Source of the DNA: Chrysomallon squamiferum
Lineage: Eukaryota > Animalia > Mollusca
Assembly (NCBI GenBank): GCA_012295275.1
Contig: CM022666.1
Location: 12,276,001-12,340,000 of the forward strand
Length of the DNA: 64,000 nt
Reading direction: 5' to 3'
The notes beneath the pieces were generated by a model. The model had not been told where the DNA came from. It searched no databases and worked only from the letters and a program-made list of their open reading frames with translations. The stretch's first letter is position 1; every line of letters starts with the position of its first letter. Below are positions 42,192 through 55,355 of this stretch, one piece after another. The translations under genes and the position numbers were made by a program.

Positions 42192-44072
42192 CACACACAT
42201 ACACACACAGACACACACACATTTGAATAAAATGAAAAATAAGTAAACTGCGAAATAACCACATTCTTTATCAGAAATGTTCTAAATAGAAAATTTATCA
42301 GTATATATATATATATATATAGTGTTTTCATTTACATTGTATTTGGAACAAAGTGTTGTCGAATATTTTATGTTTATTTATTTATTTATTGTTGTTGTTG
42401 TTGTTGTTGTTGTTACTATTATTATTACAGTTTTAGGTTTATCTAGTAGCTGGAAATCCCGTTACTAAATATAGCTACAAATGACGAGCTAGTTTCTGAT
42501 CCGTCTGTTTTGTTTCACTTGAGCAGACGTCAGTCAACTTGTGAAAGGTGTGATTTAGCTGTAATCAGGTACTGTTCTGTTTTATATCTATATTTTATTT
42601 TATTTCATCTTACTTTATTTTGTTTTGTTTTGTTTTATTTTATTTTATTTTAATTCTATTTGTTTTACTTTATTTCATTTTTATTTTATGTCTATCACTG
42701 TTATTGTTTGTAACTATATTATTATCATAATCATTATTAAATCATCATTATTTTTGACTTTGTCAACGTTTTTCGTTTCAGTATAAATGGTAGTGATAAA
42801 AATATTTGTAAAATTTAAAAAACAAATTTTTACAATAAACTTTGTGAAATAAATCGTAAATTCTAAAAATGGAATAGATAAGTGATTTAATTTCATGTCA
42901 GAATAAAAAAATGAATTTCTCCGAGTAAGAAACAAACTCAAGCAGAGAACCCAAATTTTAAAACTAACATTACAAACCTATTTCTCAGTTGCTGCGGTTA
43001 CAAGCAGAATCAAACCCTTAAAATCTCGATGGATCCGAAGTGCAAAATTGCATCCACTTAACCGTTTCGAGGAGAAACTAAAATTATTTTCATTTTTCTC
43101 TACCATACTGATAATTCATCTTCTAGGATCCAGAACAGGCGTGCTTAGCTGATTAGACAGGATTCATTTAGTAACAGTAAAACTAAACTAAATTAACCAC
43201 TGTATGTATCCATCCCTAGAAGATACTGCGTCTTATTGCTGTTTTAAGATTTCTCTTAAGGAGTGGGAAGTAATTATTTCAAATAGCAGTGTGTGAGTTT
43301 TCAGTTTTTGTCTGAGTCGATTACAAACAAAAATTACTAATAATAATAATAACGAAAGAAAAAAACGTCTGTAATTATTCTAAAATTAGTCGCGATTCCA
43401 GAAAAATCTAAAAATCTATCGTTATTCTAAAAGTAGTCCCGATCGAAAATGTTTTATTTTTTTATTATTTTATTATTCTTACTGTAAAGGATGGGTTCCA
43501 GAAAAATCGTTGTGTGTATCATCATATATATTCGAGTTAGTTAATTTAAAATTCTAATTTACTATTACTACTACTATTAGTAATAGTAATAGTAGTAGTA
43601 GTAGTTATGAATAAATATTTATTAATGGTTTTATCAGTTCTTGCTATCGGATACGAAAGAGAAACTAATTCTAAGAAATCGAAAATAAAAAACACCGATA
43701 GCGCAAACGAATGAGAAAAATACTGGAATTTCTGTCATTCATCACACGTCTGTTTTGTTCTGGAGGGATGGGGTGGCGTGAAAAGAAAAATAGAAAAGAG
43801 ATAAGCTAGAAAACTACAGCTCTACAGAAAAAAAAACAAATTATAACGAACTATGAAATATGTTATGTATCTACGTGAGTTCATGCGGTGTAGTTGTATT
43901 TTATTAGGTATAACAGTCATATCTTTTATGCAATCTTTAAACTTGGCATGTTCTATATTATAGTTTCGTTTTACTTATCTATTCAGTTATTTGACAAAAT
44001 ATGATTATGACAAACATAATCGTCTTTCAAACACATATGAACGCTTTACGTTTGCATGATATTTGTAATTAC

Positions 44073-44107
<35 letters not shown>

Positions 44108-44722
44108 TTATAATAATAAATGTGACCTGACAAATGCAAGTTAAACATTTGTATTTGTAAACTGGTGCATTTTGTTTTGTAGTTTAGTCTTCATTATTTA
44201 ATTACTTACCCGAAAAATATGTCACTGCAAATATAATTATTTATGAACAAAACGTTAAACCATTACAGTCGTAATATGAATGTATTTTTAAGAATGTGCC
44301 TATCTATTTATTTTAAATTATGTACGTTTTAACTAATCATTGGTACATACATAATAGTTATAATTTATAATATCACCATAAAACCACACCCTAGTTTACT
44401 TCGGATTATCTGTTGTGTAACTGCTGTTACCGTGACTACTACTACAACTACTACTACTATTACAGCTGCTTACAACAATGAAACATCTCTGTCTAGTTAT
44501 GTTACAGGTGTGAAATTTAAAGTTCTATTTCAGTGTATAGATTATTATGCAGTAAATATGTCAATTTATCACTGGACTTCTAAAATATATTCTGAACAGT
44601 ATTACTAAAATACACACCCAAATTATAGAATACATTCATAAAATAAATTAAACTTTGCCCTGAATATTATTTTATCAGCGAAGAAAAATGTATTTACATT
44701 ATGTATGATTAACAGAAGGCGA

Positions 44723-44891
44723 GTCACGTGATACTAGAAGCGACGTACCTCGTGCTGGGGGGCGTGTTTGAAGAATTAGTAAATACATTTCTTTCATTTC
44801 ATTTTTTTTTTTTTTTTCACGGTTGGAGAAAATTTGGTACAGGAAAAAGTAAACAAAGCTGAAGAAGATGAATAACTGACCGGTTCTTAAG
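44723..44891 (+). promoter_or_regulatory. Candidate promoter and non-coding first exon (distal) for the APD1-like gene
   Basis: GTCACGTGAT E-box (44723-44732), GC box GGGGGGCGTG, then donor AAG|GTATTT at 44891. The nearest downstream + strand CDS has an acceptor at 51422. Confidence 0.4.
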
Positions 44892-45941
44892 GTATTTTTT
44901 CAGTTTACAGGTGTTTAGCAGAACAAAACTCACACAAGCACACACAGACGCATATGTAAGAATGTTAATTAGGTTTTTCATTTGTTTTAAATTATTGTTA
45001 TATGTCTACGTACGTGGATGTGTTTTTGTACATATGTGTGGGTATGTATGTATGTATGTATGTATGTATGTATGTATGTATGTATGCGTATTGTATTGTA
45101 TGTGTGATGTGTTTTGGACGTATGCATGTCCTTAATTATATTTGTATTATTATGTATGTATATTTTAGGATTTGAATATTCTCTGTCTGATTAGACTCTG
45201 CATATAGACTATATTCACAAACCCTGTCAGGTACCGCTGACGAAACTCGAACGTATGACACCCATGTATGTATATGTATGTGTGTGTGTGTGTGTGTGTG
45301 TGTGCATGTCTATGTGTGGATGTGTATGCGTGTATGTGTGTGTATATGTATGCGTTTATATATGTAAGTGTATGTGTCTTTGTGTGTGTGTATCTATATA
45401 TATTTATGTATTGGTGTGTCTGTCTGTATGTCTGTATGAAGGTAGGAAGGTTTGTAAGTATTTATGTTACTCAAATGATTATGTATGTATGTATGTGTAT
45501 GTTGGTGTGTATGTATGTATATATGTGCCTGCTGTGTGTGTGTATGTCGACGTATATGTATGTAGGTTTTTAAACACTAATTGTACGTTTAAATTGAACA
45601 AAATAGTCTAATACAAATTGTATCCTAATAAATACAGTATTATATCTTTAATCCAGAAGCAACTTAGCAAACAAGCTTATAAATCTATCTTCGGTGTAAA
45701 CAGTAACATCCACTTACCTTGACCTAGTAATAGTTAAAAGTCAGTCAGCCCTAACGAGTGACCCGACGTACACACTGACTTATATCTTTCTGCTCTCTCT
45801 TTTTTAATTCTTTTTTTTTTTATGATAATAAAATAATATAATGTTAATGCTTATTTATTTAGTATGATTGCTGATTTGTTGTGCTTATTACTGTTCTTGT
45901 TAATCTTTTAAAGTATGTATGTATGTATGTATGTATGTATG

Positions 45942-45972
<31 letters not shown>

Positions 45973-47097
45973 ATATATATATGTATATGTATGTATGTAT
46001 TTATGGATATATGTATGTATGTATTCATGTAAGTACCTGTTTGTATTGTATATATGCATGTAAACGTAAATATTTTTATTACCTACACCGAGATCACTTA
46101 ACGTCTCGCTGACAAATCAATAATCGTATTAAAAAGAATTAACAGACAGGGCGATATGAATTACAGCCATGAACTGTAACATGATTTCCAGTTTAAAATC
46201 GTCTTTGAAAACTCGGCATGTATCTGATCCCGGATGCTTTAAGGCTAACGCAAGCCGCGTGAACTACGAAACCACAGGCAATCAGGAAGTCCAGCAAGCA
46301 GACACACTTTTCTGCGTATTTCCGAAAAACCGGGATGTGCTGATGTTGCCTACCTATAGAATTACGTCATAAAACACTTGTCGGCTTAAGTGCAGTTAGG
46401 TATTACGATTGTAATATTTACAGATGAACACCTTTACACAGACACGCAACTCGTTTGTTAAATATTAAATTTCGGACGTCAGCTTTGTACGTTTAATTAT
46501 CTCTCCATCGCCCTTACCTCACTTCCTCTTCTTGTTATTATTATTTTTTAAAATTATTTATTTGTTATTTTATTCATTTATTAGAAACATTAATAGGTAC
46601 AAATTCATAAAAATACTATGCATATAGACAATAGTCTGCTGTGTTTTTGTGTGCGTGTATGTCTGCACGTACGTGCGTGACTGTACGCACTGGTGTTGAA
46701 ATCGATTGTCGTTGATCGACTGATTATATAATCTTTGAGATTACACATTTTTTTTTTTGATGATACGAACCAGTAACAGAAGCAGTAACAGTAATGGTAA
46801 TAGTAACTGTAATAATAATTAAAGTAATAATCGCAATAGTTACATATAGTTGTAATAGAAATCTGTACAACAGTAGTTGTGTTGTGATAGTAATAATAGT
46901 GTTTGTAATAGTAGCTGCATTAATAGTTGTGTGTTACTAACCAAGAAGTTTCAGTAGCAACAGCAAAGATAATAATAATAATAACAACAACACTAATAAT
47001 ATTAATAATAATAAAAATAATATAATAATTATAAAAATAATAATAATAATAACAATAATAACAACAATAACAATAATATAATAACAACAAGAACAAC

Positions 47098-47147
<50 letters not shown>

Positions 47148-47178
47148 TAATAACAACAACAACAACAACAACAACAAC

Positions 47179-47226
<48 letters not shown>

Positions 47227-48028
47227 TATTATTGTTATTATTATTATTAAATTAGTAGCATTACTGAATTTAATTTAAAAGGTATAACTAGTTTCTAAAG
47301 AGGTGTAAAATCCTTTTTGATGATATTTTGAAATAAATTTTAAAAGGGATTTTTGAAGTTAATCACATTACTGTAACAATATGTAATTAGATGAGAGTTT
47401 GTCATGTACGTTTTAATTTCGCTTTGCACTTTTATCATATTAATTATCTCTCGTAGACTTTGTACACCGTATACCTCTAATCATCTAATAATTTTTTTTT
47501 TTTGTTTGTTTGTTTGTTATTATTTAAATATGGTTAATGAGTTTCATAATTCACATCTGATCAGAAAGTATTTCATGACATTATTATTTTTTTTTTCACT
47601 ATTCATTTTATTAGATTCACTTTATTTCATTAATCTTGCTTCATTACATTTCGTTTTAATTTAGCATAATGCAACACAACACCAAAATGTATGCCTTTAT
47701 ATTATCTCTGTTGTAGTTTAAAATATAAATTCAACAAGCATAATCCCAATTTAATTTATTACTGTTTAATTTTTTCTCATTTAATTGTTAAATAGAAATA
47801 TTCACGTTTCTAAATTTGACTTTACAATGTCATTCTCCTACATACCCATTCACCCGTGATCAATTTATGTGAAAGATTTTTAAACAAGATGAAGAGAATA
47901 TGTAAAACGAACATTTCCACAAAAACATTTTCTCATAAATATTATAAATACTTTTTTGCTTACTCATTCAACTTAATCGCATTTAAAAACCCCACAAAAA
48001 TACCACAAGAAATTAACAATAATTACAA

Positions 48029-48127
<99 letters not shown>

Positions 48128-48771
48128 ATAATAAAAGCAAAACTACGACATTCAAGAAATCACTATTTGAATTTAATTTTCTGCTTTGGCTATTGAATTC
48201 GAATACTGATTACTTCTGATACTAGAAAATATATTAGATTCATATAACTAAACACAAATACAATGTGGAAAGCCATAAAATAGGAAATTGATGAAGTACT
48301 TTTACTAGATTTGACCTGCTAAAACAGAACAGCGTTAAAACACAACACAGTCCCTGAGAATATAAATCAGTCCTATTTTACTTCTTCTTTTTTCAGTGTT
48401 CATTTCACAGACAACATGCTAAGTTGTTTTGTTTTTTTTAAATTTTAAATTTTTTTCTTTCTTTATTTCTTTCCGTGTGTGACTGGAATTGAATGATTTA
48501 AACAGTGAAATAAAGAACGTTATTTTTATAGCTTCGTTTTATCATGAAGTAATAAAAACACGTTCTGTCAAATGAGGCCGCCATTTTGTTTTCTTGATAT
48601 TTCTAAAGCGCATTTTACAAACTCTTAGTGAAAGACAGATCAAAGAGGCTGGAAATAAAAATTTAAAAAAAAAAGAAGAAAAAAGAAAAATTTAAAAAAA
48701 AAGAAAAATGAAAGAAAGTCATGATTTTTTTTTTTAATTAAAAAATAAATTTGTTTACTTCATTTTACTGT

Positions 48772-48806
<35 letters not shown>

Positions 48807-49954
48807 CCGGTTTAATAAATGCGATTTTGTTTACTGAATGTAAATTAGTTGTCAACAATCGTAAACTGTCTCAGCATTTGAAAAGATTAATCATGTCGCT
48901 AATGATTTGTTTTTGGAGACGATCACACCTCTGAGATACAAACATATAGATATACATACATACATACATACATACATACATACATACATACATACATACA
49001 CACATCTATTATTAATACATTGTTAACAAACGTAAGCCAATGAAATCAAAAGTTTAAAAACAGGATACAGTTCATCCTATATTTTAGAAAAACATCTTGT
49101 GACGTTTCCTGGACAAACAGCGCAGTAGAGTGTCACGATTTGTGTTCAACTTCGTTTGACAACCGTCTGAAACAGAACATTTGTTAATGAAATTAGATGA
49201 TACTGATTTAAAAAAATATATATTTACGTCAAGTCAGAGGCGTGCAAGGTAAAAACGAAACTACAAATTACCCTAAAAACACTCGGTTTAAATATCAGTT
49301 GTTTTAATTCTTTCTTTCTTTTCAGTTATTCCTTCTTTCTTTTGAGTTATTCTTTGTTTTTTCTTTGTTTTAAGCGATTTAAAAGAAATCTTGGTGTTTC
49401 GTGTGTTGATATAATGTTTTTTTTAATTTTTTTTATTTATTACAAATTGACACCTTCTAATTATGTACACATATATTTACTCATTTATCTTTAAGAAAAA
49501 ACTTAATTAGTATTATTATTATTAGAAATATTTAGTACAGTTAGACAACATAATAAAACATGAATAAGAAATAAAATAATATAAAAATAATAATTATAAA
49601 TGCACACACAAAATAAATGAAACGCATTTTCTAACACATGATAAATAAACGATCAAATAAATTAAAATAATTATAATTACACATAAACACATAATAAATA
49701 AAAAATAAAACAAAATTTAATTTAAATGCATCACTAACCGTTTAAAATCAAACAAGATTAATCTATATTTATAGTGAAATGAAGTAAATATTTACTACTT
49801 TTAATAAAAAAAAACCATTAAATTTATTTATCAATCTCTTAAAACGTGTTAATCTTAAAATACTTCTGTCTTATTTTTATACCCCTTTCTTTTGTTTTCT
49901 TTCATTCTTTTTTTTTTTTAAATTTTTTTTTAACATTTTTTTATTGAGAAGAAA

Positions 49955-50151
49955 TGACGGAAGTATTCCGGGACGTTACAACAATGTAATAAAATCATTC
50001 AAACAGGTAAAAGCAAGGTGATCGCGTTCCACCTTGCTTTAGCTCCGCCTTCTAGAGTATTCTGTTCAGCTATTGGTTCGATTCTGTTTTAAAATGTTGT
50101 ATACACTGGCACGCTTTTGCTAACATAAGCATAAGTAGATCGAACGAAAAG
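49955..50151 (+). promoter_or_regulatory. Candidate proximal promoter and non-coding first exon for the APD1-like gene
   Basis: ETS site CGGAAGT (about 49958), GC-box-like CTCCGCCT, reverse CCAAT (ATTGG), and strong donor AAG|GTAAGA at 50151. Confidence 0.5.
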
Positions 50152-50239
50152 GTAAGAAATGCTACATTGATGCTAACATTTATAACAAAACAGTTAAAAC
50201 TACACCCTCAATAATGACTTCAGTAAAAAAAAAAAAACT

Positions 50240-50390
50240 TCATTAAGTTATTATTATTGTTACTACTAGCAGTACTATAAACTGAATAAAACTTTATTAA
50301 GTTTTTATTAGTTACTACTAGCAGTACTATAAGTTTAATAACATTTTATTAAGTTATTATTGTTATTATTACTACTGGTAGGACTATGAA
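50240..50390 (+). repeat. About 51-bp tandem repeat x3
   Basis: TTAAGTT(A/T)TTATTA..GTTACTACTAGCAGTACTATAA recurring three times. Confidence 0.75.
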
Positions 50391-51449
50391 GTCAATACAA
50401 CTTTATTACGCTACTACTATTGGTACTACAACTATTATTGTTCATGTTGCTGTTGTTGTAGCTTTTTCATTATTTTTTATTATTATTATTGTTTTGCAGT
50501 TATTATTATGTTATTGTTGTTATTGTTGTTTTGCAATTATTAATGTCCTCTTATTGTTGCTATTTACTATTATTATTATTATTGTTATTATTATTATTAT
50601 TAATAATAATTATTATTATTATTATTATTATCTTTATTATTATTATTGTTGTTGATCATCATTATTAGTAGTATTATTGTTGTTGTTGTTGTTATTCAAC
50701 CATCTCTGCAAGCAAATCATTACCTCCAGAAGCTATTTTGTTATGTTGCTACTAATACTAATACCTTACCTTTAACGCTTTTATATCTGTCACAGATACT
50801 ATCGTCATTACAAACTCGAAATGTCATATGTATTTACTTGCTTTTATAAATTCTCATTCGACTTAAAGACGTTTAAAAGCCCCAAGAAATAAACAGTAAT
50901 TACAATGTTTATGTGTTTGTGTGTGTTTGTGTGCAATGCATCTGAAAAATGTCGTATCTATAACAACACAACATCCTGTTTCAGATACCCATCAACCTTT
51001 AATAATTCTGATCTATTTAAGCAATTTAACTAGGGTAGATCCGGAAAGCACTGAATACCCAAAAATATAAATATATATATATTTTTTGGTATTGTATATA
51101 TATATATATATTCGTTGGGTGCCACCTATGCCAGTTATGAATCTGATTAATTACTGTAATCATAATACTATACGTAACGTACGATATGACGCTTTTATGA
51201 AGATTATATAACCAGTTTTTGCTACTATTACAACAGCACTATCATTGATACAACAGAACCACGATTACGACAATCGCTGTCATCATAACCACCATCATCA
51301 CCGGTATCGACATTATCATCATTACCATAACAACCACCAAAAGCATCCTCTTCACCAGCTATATACCAGTTTGCTCTATCTTGCAGTTTAATGACTATTA
51401 TACTTTTACCTTTTCATTTCAGTTGTTTATCTATTTACTGGATGTGAAC

Positions 51450-52682
51450 ATGTCACCAAGTGCGTCACCAACGGAAGAATGTCTGAACAACACGACTGGG
51501 TCTTACGTCATCCGCTCTTCACCCAGTGACGTGCATCACAGAGCAGAGTGTCCTGACTACGACCTTCATCCCTGTGACATATGCTTCTCGGAATGCTGCT
51601 GTAACTTTTTCAGCTTTGTTGGGAAACTGTTTTGTATCAACGTAAACCAGTCATCTCGAATCAAAATACTCTGGTTGTGGGTGATTTCAATTTCCGTTAC
51701 TGCCGGAATTCTTACAAATTTAATAACATTTGGGCCAGAGACTAAAATTATTTCGCCAACAGACATGCGTATTGTCGATAAAAAGGTTTCCACGACATTC
51801 TGCGAAAGCCTGTCGCTGGAATCGGAATGGACAACTTTTAGCGCGTATCTTCTTCCGCAGAAACCGAGTATAGTGTTTAACAAACTTAGTCGTTTTGAAG
51901 TCAAAAGAAATAAATATTTAGAGCAGGGAGAATTCAAATATTGGAATTTTTATCTTCTCAGCGGTTCACAAGTGACGATTAAAAGTTGTTCCACGCTCGC
52001 ACTTGAACTTTACATTCTTCGTGGAGCTGATAATCTAAACAAGTGGATGGAAAACAAATACTGCGACAGCTGCTTCGTTCAGAAAGTGGCTATCAACAGA
52101 ACGTGTGAGAGCAAAGTGACTTTCAATTTCCAGATGGACGTGACAGATGAATACTACTTCATCTTCGTCAACAGTCTCAACGTCAGAGGAACCTGGCTGA
52201 CACTGCAGATTCTTCTAGAACGTACTCTCTACGACGTTTCTGACGCCAAAGTCACCTGCATCCAGTCGATATCGTGTTCCTTTAATTTGGACGTTGTCAC
52301 CGATGAGGTGGTCGTCTACCAGATTAGCAACGATGACCAGATTTTCGATTTCGACGACATCACGATACAGACCAAATGCAACGGCCGCACCTGGTTTTAT
52401 TTGGTCGTGTTTCTCCTCTTTCCCTTCTCAGTCGGCATCACCTGCTGTTCTGTTATCTACTTCACGTGCAGACAACCAAGCGAAAGTCTCGATCTTTCAA
52501 GACGGTCAACACTGGACGGGCGGATGATCGAAACCTACTTTACAGAAAGGTCTCCCCTCTTACGGGGACAAATGCGGTACCCACCTCCTCCTCCACAGTT
52601 TGCTGTTGCACCGCCGAAGTACGAGGACGCAATTCGAGGCGATAACCCCGCCCCTCCTTCTTATGATGAAGCTGTAGGATAA
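51450..52682 (+). CDS. Two-TM membrane protein with APD1-4-like (plant E3 ligase N/middle) domains, no RING, C-terminal PPxY motifs; 410 aa, single coding exon
   Basis: Long ORF with an acceptor at 51422 and ATG at 51450. TM1 ILWLWVISISVTAGILTNLITFG; ISPTDMRIV..STTFCESL; FKYWNFYLLSGSQVTIKSC; DEYYFIFVN; ERTLYDVSDAKVTC; CNGRTWFY followed by TM2; tail with ERSPLL, PPKY, PPSY. The CDS is well supported; the domain assignment is from remembered motifs only. Confidence 0.8.
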   Translation: MSPSASPTEECLNNTTGSYVIRSSPSDVHHRAECPDYDLHPCDICFSECCCNFFSFVGKLFCINVNQSSRIKILWLWVISISVTAGILTNLITFGPETKIISPTDMRIVDKKVSTTFCESLSLESEWTTFSAYLLPQKPSIVFNKLSRFEVKRNKYLEQGEFKYWNFYLLSGSQVTIKSCSTLALELYILRGADNLNKWMENKYCDSCFVQKVAINRTCESKVTFNFQMDVTDEYYFIFVNSLNVRGTWLTLQILLERTLYDVSDAKVTCIQSISCSFNLDVVTDEVVVYQISNDDQIFDFDDITIQTKCNGRTWFYLVVFLLFPFSVGITCCSVIYFTCRQPSESLDLSRRSTLDGRMIETYFTERSPLLRGQMRYPPPPPQFAVAPPKYEDAIRGDNPAPPSYDEAVG

Positions 52683-52992
52683 TTTTGAACACGTGACTTT
52701 TGAAACTCTGTATGTTAAACATTCATTGTGCCAGTGAACTATGATCTCAGTCATTCGTTTTAAAATATTTAATGATTTTTGACCTATGTAAATTAAACAT
52801 CACACATACATAGCATTTTATAATTATATATTAATTTTATTCTCGTCTCAGGATGATTTATAATTTATTAATTTTCGATTAAATAAAAAAGACTTCTGCA
52901 TTATAAGAAATGTGTTTATATCTGTAACAGGATTTTTATGAATAAAACATGTACATACACATACATACATACATACAGACATACACACACAT

Positions 52993-53101
<109 letters not shown>

Positions 53102-53441
53102 TGTAGCGTGTATAAAGAATTGAGTCAAGTTTGAGGTAGTTTACACTGATACAGAGCTCATTGTCCTAGCAGAATGAAAATAGTGAACAAACAAAACGGG
53201 GCTCAAAAGTCCAATATCCTGGGAACAGTGATGTCCCATCTTTGACTTGCCATGACAAGATTTCAGATACGTGTGTGAAGAGTTAACTGTCTGCAGTTTA
53301 TTAAACAAAGAGTGTGTTAGTTGCTGAAAATGCTTAAACGTAATCATATAATTTATTGTATCATCATGCTTTTAATATAAATCATTTTTAAACTGAAATA
53401 AAGTGGAATGATTTTCTGTTTTAAACGTACATAATAATAAT

Positions 53442-53526
<85 letters not shown>

Positions 53527-55355
53527 TTTTTCCACCATTATTCATTTACCAAACACAACCATATACACATACACAATACTCACACGTAGAACACACACTC
53601 AACACATAATTCCCAGACACATTTCACTCACACATACAATATACACATACAGACAAACACCACACACACACACACACACACACACGACACACACCACACA
53701 AGACACACACATACGCACACGCACAAAAAGATGAGATACAAATGCAAAATAATTATCAGTGATATTTATCTGTCTCTCACGCACTCTCAAGCTGGTATTA
53801 AATGATCCATCTGCATATCTCCTTTTTCCATCGAGCTTGTGAATTCAGTGAAAATAACTTGAGCACAAAACTCGTTAATTCGTAGACACATAAATGCTAC
53901 ATCATTTTGAAATAAAAACCAATCATATTATGTTATACCGAAATAAAAACCTCAAAGGTTATTAAACGAGTTTGGGATTTTTTACGATTCTGTGAAAGTT
54001 AAATCTGTGAACAAAAAGGAAGTTCTATCTGTGATTTACATAATTATTTGATATGTTACTATATCGGCCAGTGACAGAGATATAAAGTCTTTACGTTTTA
54101 CTATATAATTTACACACTTCCCTGTGATTATGTTACATTATACTTGCACCCAGCCGTTGCTAATAATAAAGTATAACAATACAATAAATCTGTATATAAA
54201 TACAGTGAAAACAGATCTCCTGTCTTTTTAGTTTATTCTGAAGTGACAAAACAGATGACCTGACACACAATGCATGCTTACTATTTATAGGTTTTCCGAT
54301 GATAAATCTAAACAGCCACAAATTTGTCGTGAGTCAGTTTCATATTTACATGTTTGTGTTTCCTTTGCTAAACACGTCTAAACTGTGACACGTGCGGTTC
54401 ACTATCGGCTGAATGATTTCTGTAAGTAGAGGAGGTACACATATACAACATATTCAACAAAACAGTATAACTGAAACACACTGAACTATTGTTTATTTAT
54501 TTTTTTTTTTTGTTGTTGCGCTGAACATTCATACATATTTAAACTGTAAGAACGATAATAAAATACATACTAAATATCTAACAATATTTTTATTTTTGAA
54601 TTTTTATTCATAATAATTGAATGAACGAACTAGTTATTTTAATTTATATTAAAGCTATACATACACAAACACACACACACATACACAACATAGATATTCA
54701 TATGTGGTTTAAATTGCACATAACAATACAGTACATTCATAAAATTCTCTTTAATGCTCGCTGGTTAAGAAGAGTGTAAACTACCTGGTGTGTGTGTAAA
54801 TCGACACGTAAACCACTTTTAAGATGCTTGTGAAATTCAACAAGTATAAATATCCTTGATAGGGAGAGAGAGGGAGGGAGAGAGAGGCAGAGGGGGAGCG
54901 AGAGAGGGGGAGAAAGAGAGAAAAAGAGAGAGAGAGGGGGGGAAATGGCAACAAAAAGGATTTCTAAATTTCATACATATTATCACCCATTTTTATCTGT
55001 TTCATTTATTTTTATGAAAGGTTAATATAACATTCTAATATAACAGTATAAGTGCAGTAAATATTTTAATAAAATTTTCGAATAACTTAAATTGTACATT
55101 ATTGGTCGCTGCATATGACATAAGAATACCTCTCTCTCTCTCACAGACACTCATATACAACACGCAGAAAGGAACATACATACATATATACAAAATTACA
55201 TACATACACCCTTATATGAACACACACATTGGTGTAGCCACATTCACATACTCGTAAACACTCAGTAATTGTAAATACATAATTTACTGACATAATATTA
55301 AAACAATTATTACAACATTTACGAGCTAAAACAACATTAACTGAACTATTTGTTG

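Noticed and set aside
40099-48219. Many 60-125 aa ORFs ([18 protein letters not shown], poly-L)
   Set aside because: Translations of microsatellites with no coding signal.
51566-52754. Antisense and alternate-frame ORFs over the APD1-like gene (likewise over DNAJC17, ARF and the serpins)
   Set aside because: Shadow ORFs expected in GC-richer coding DNA.
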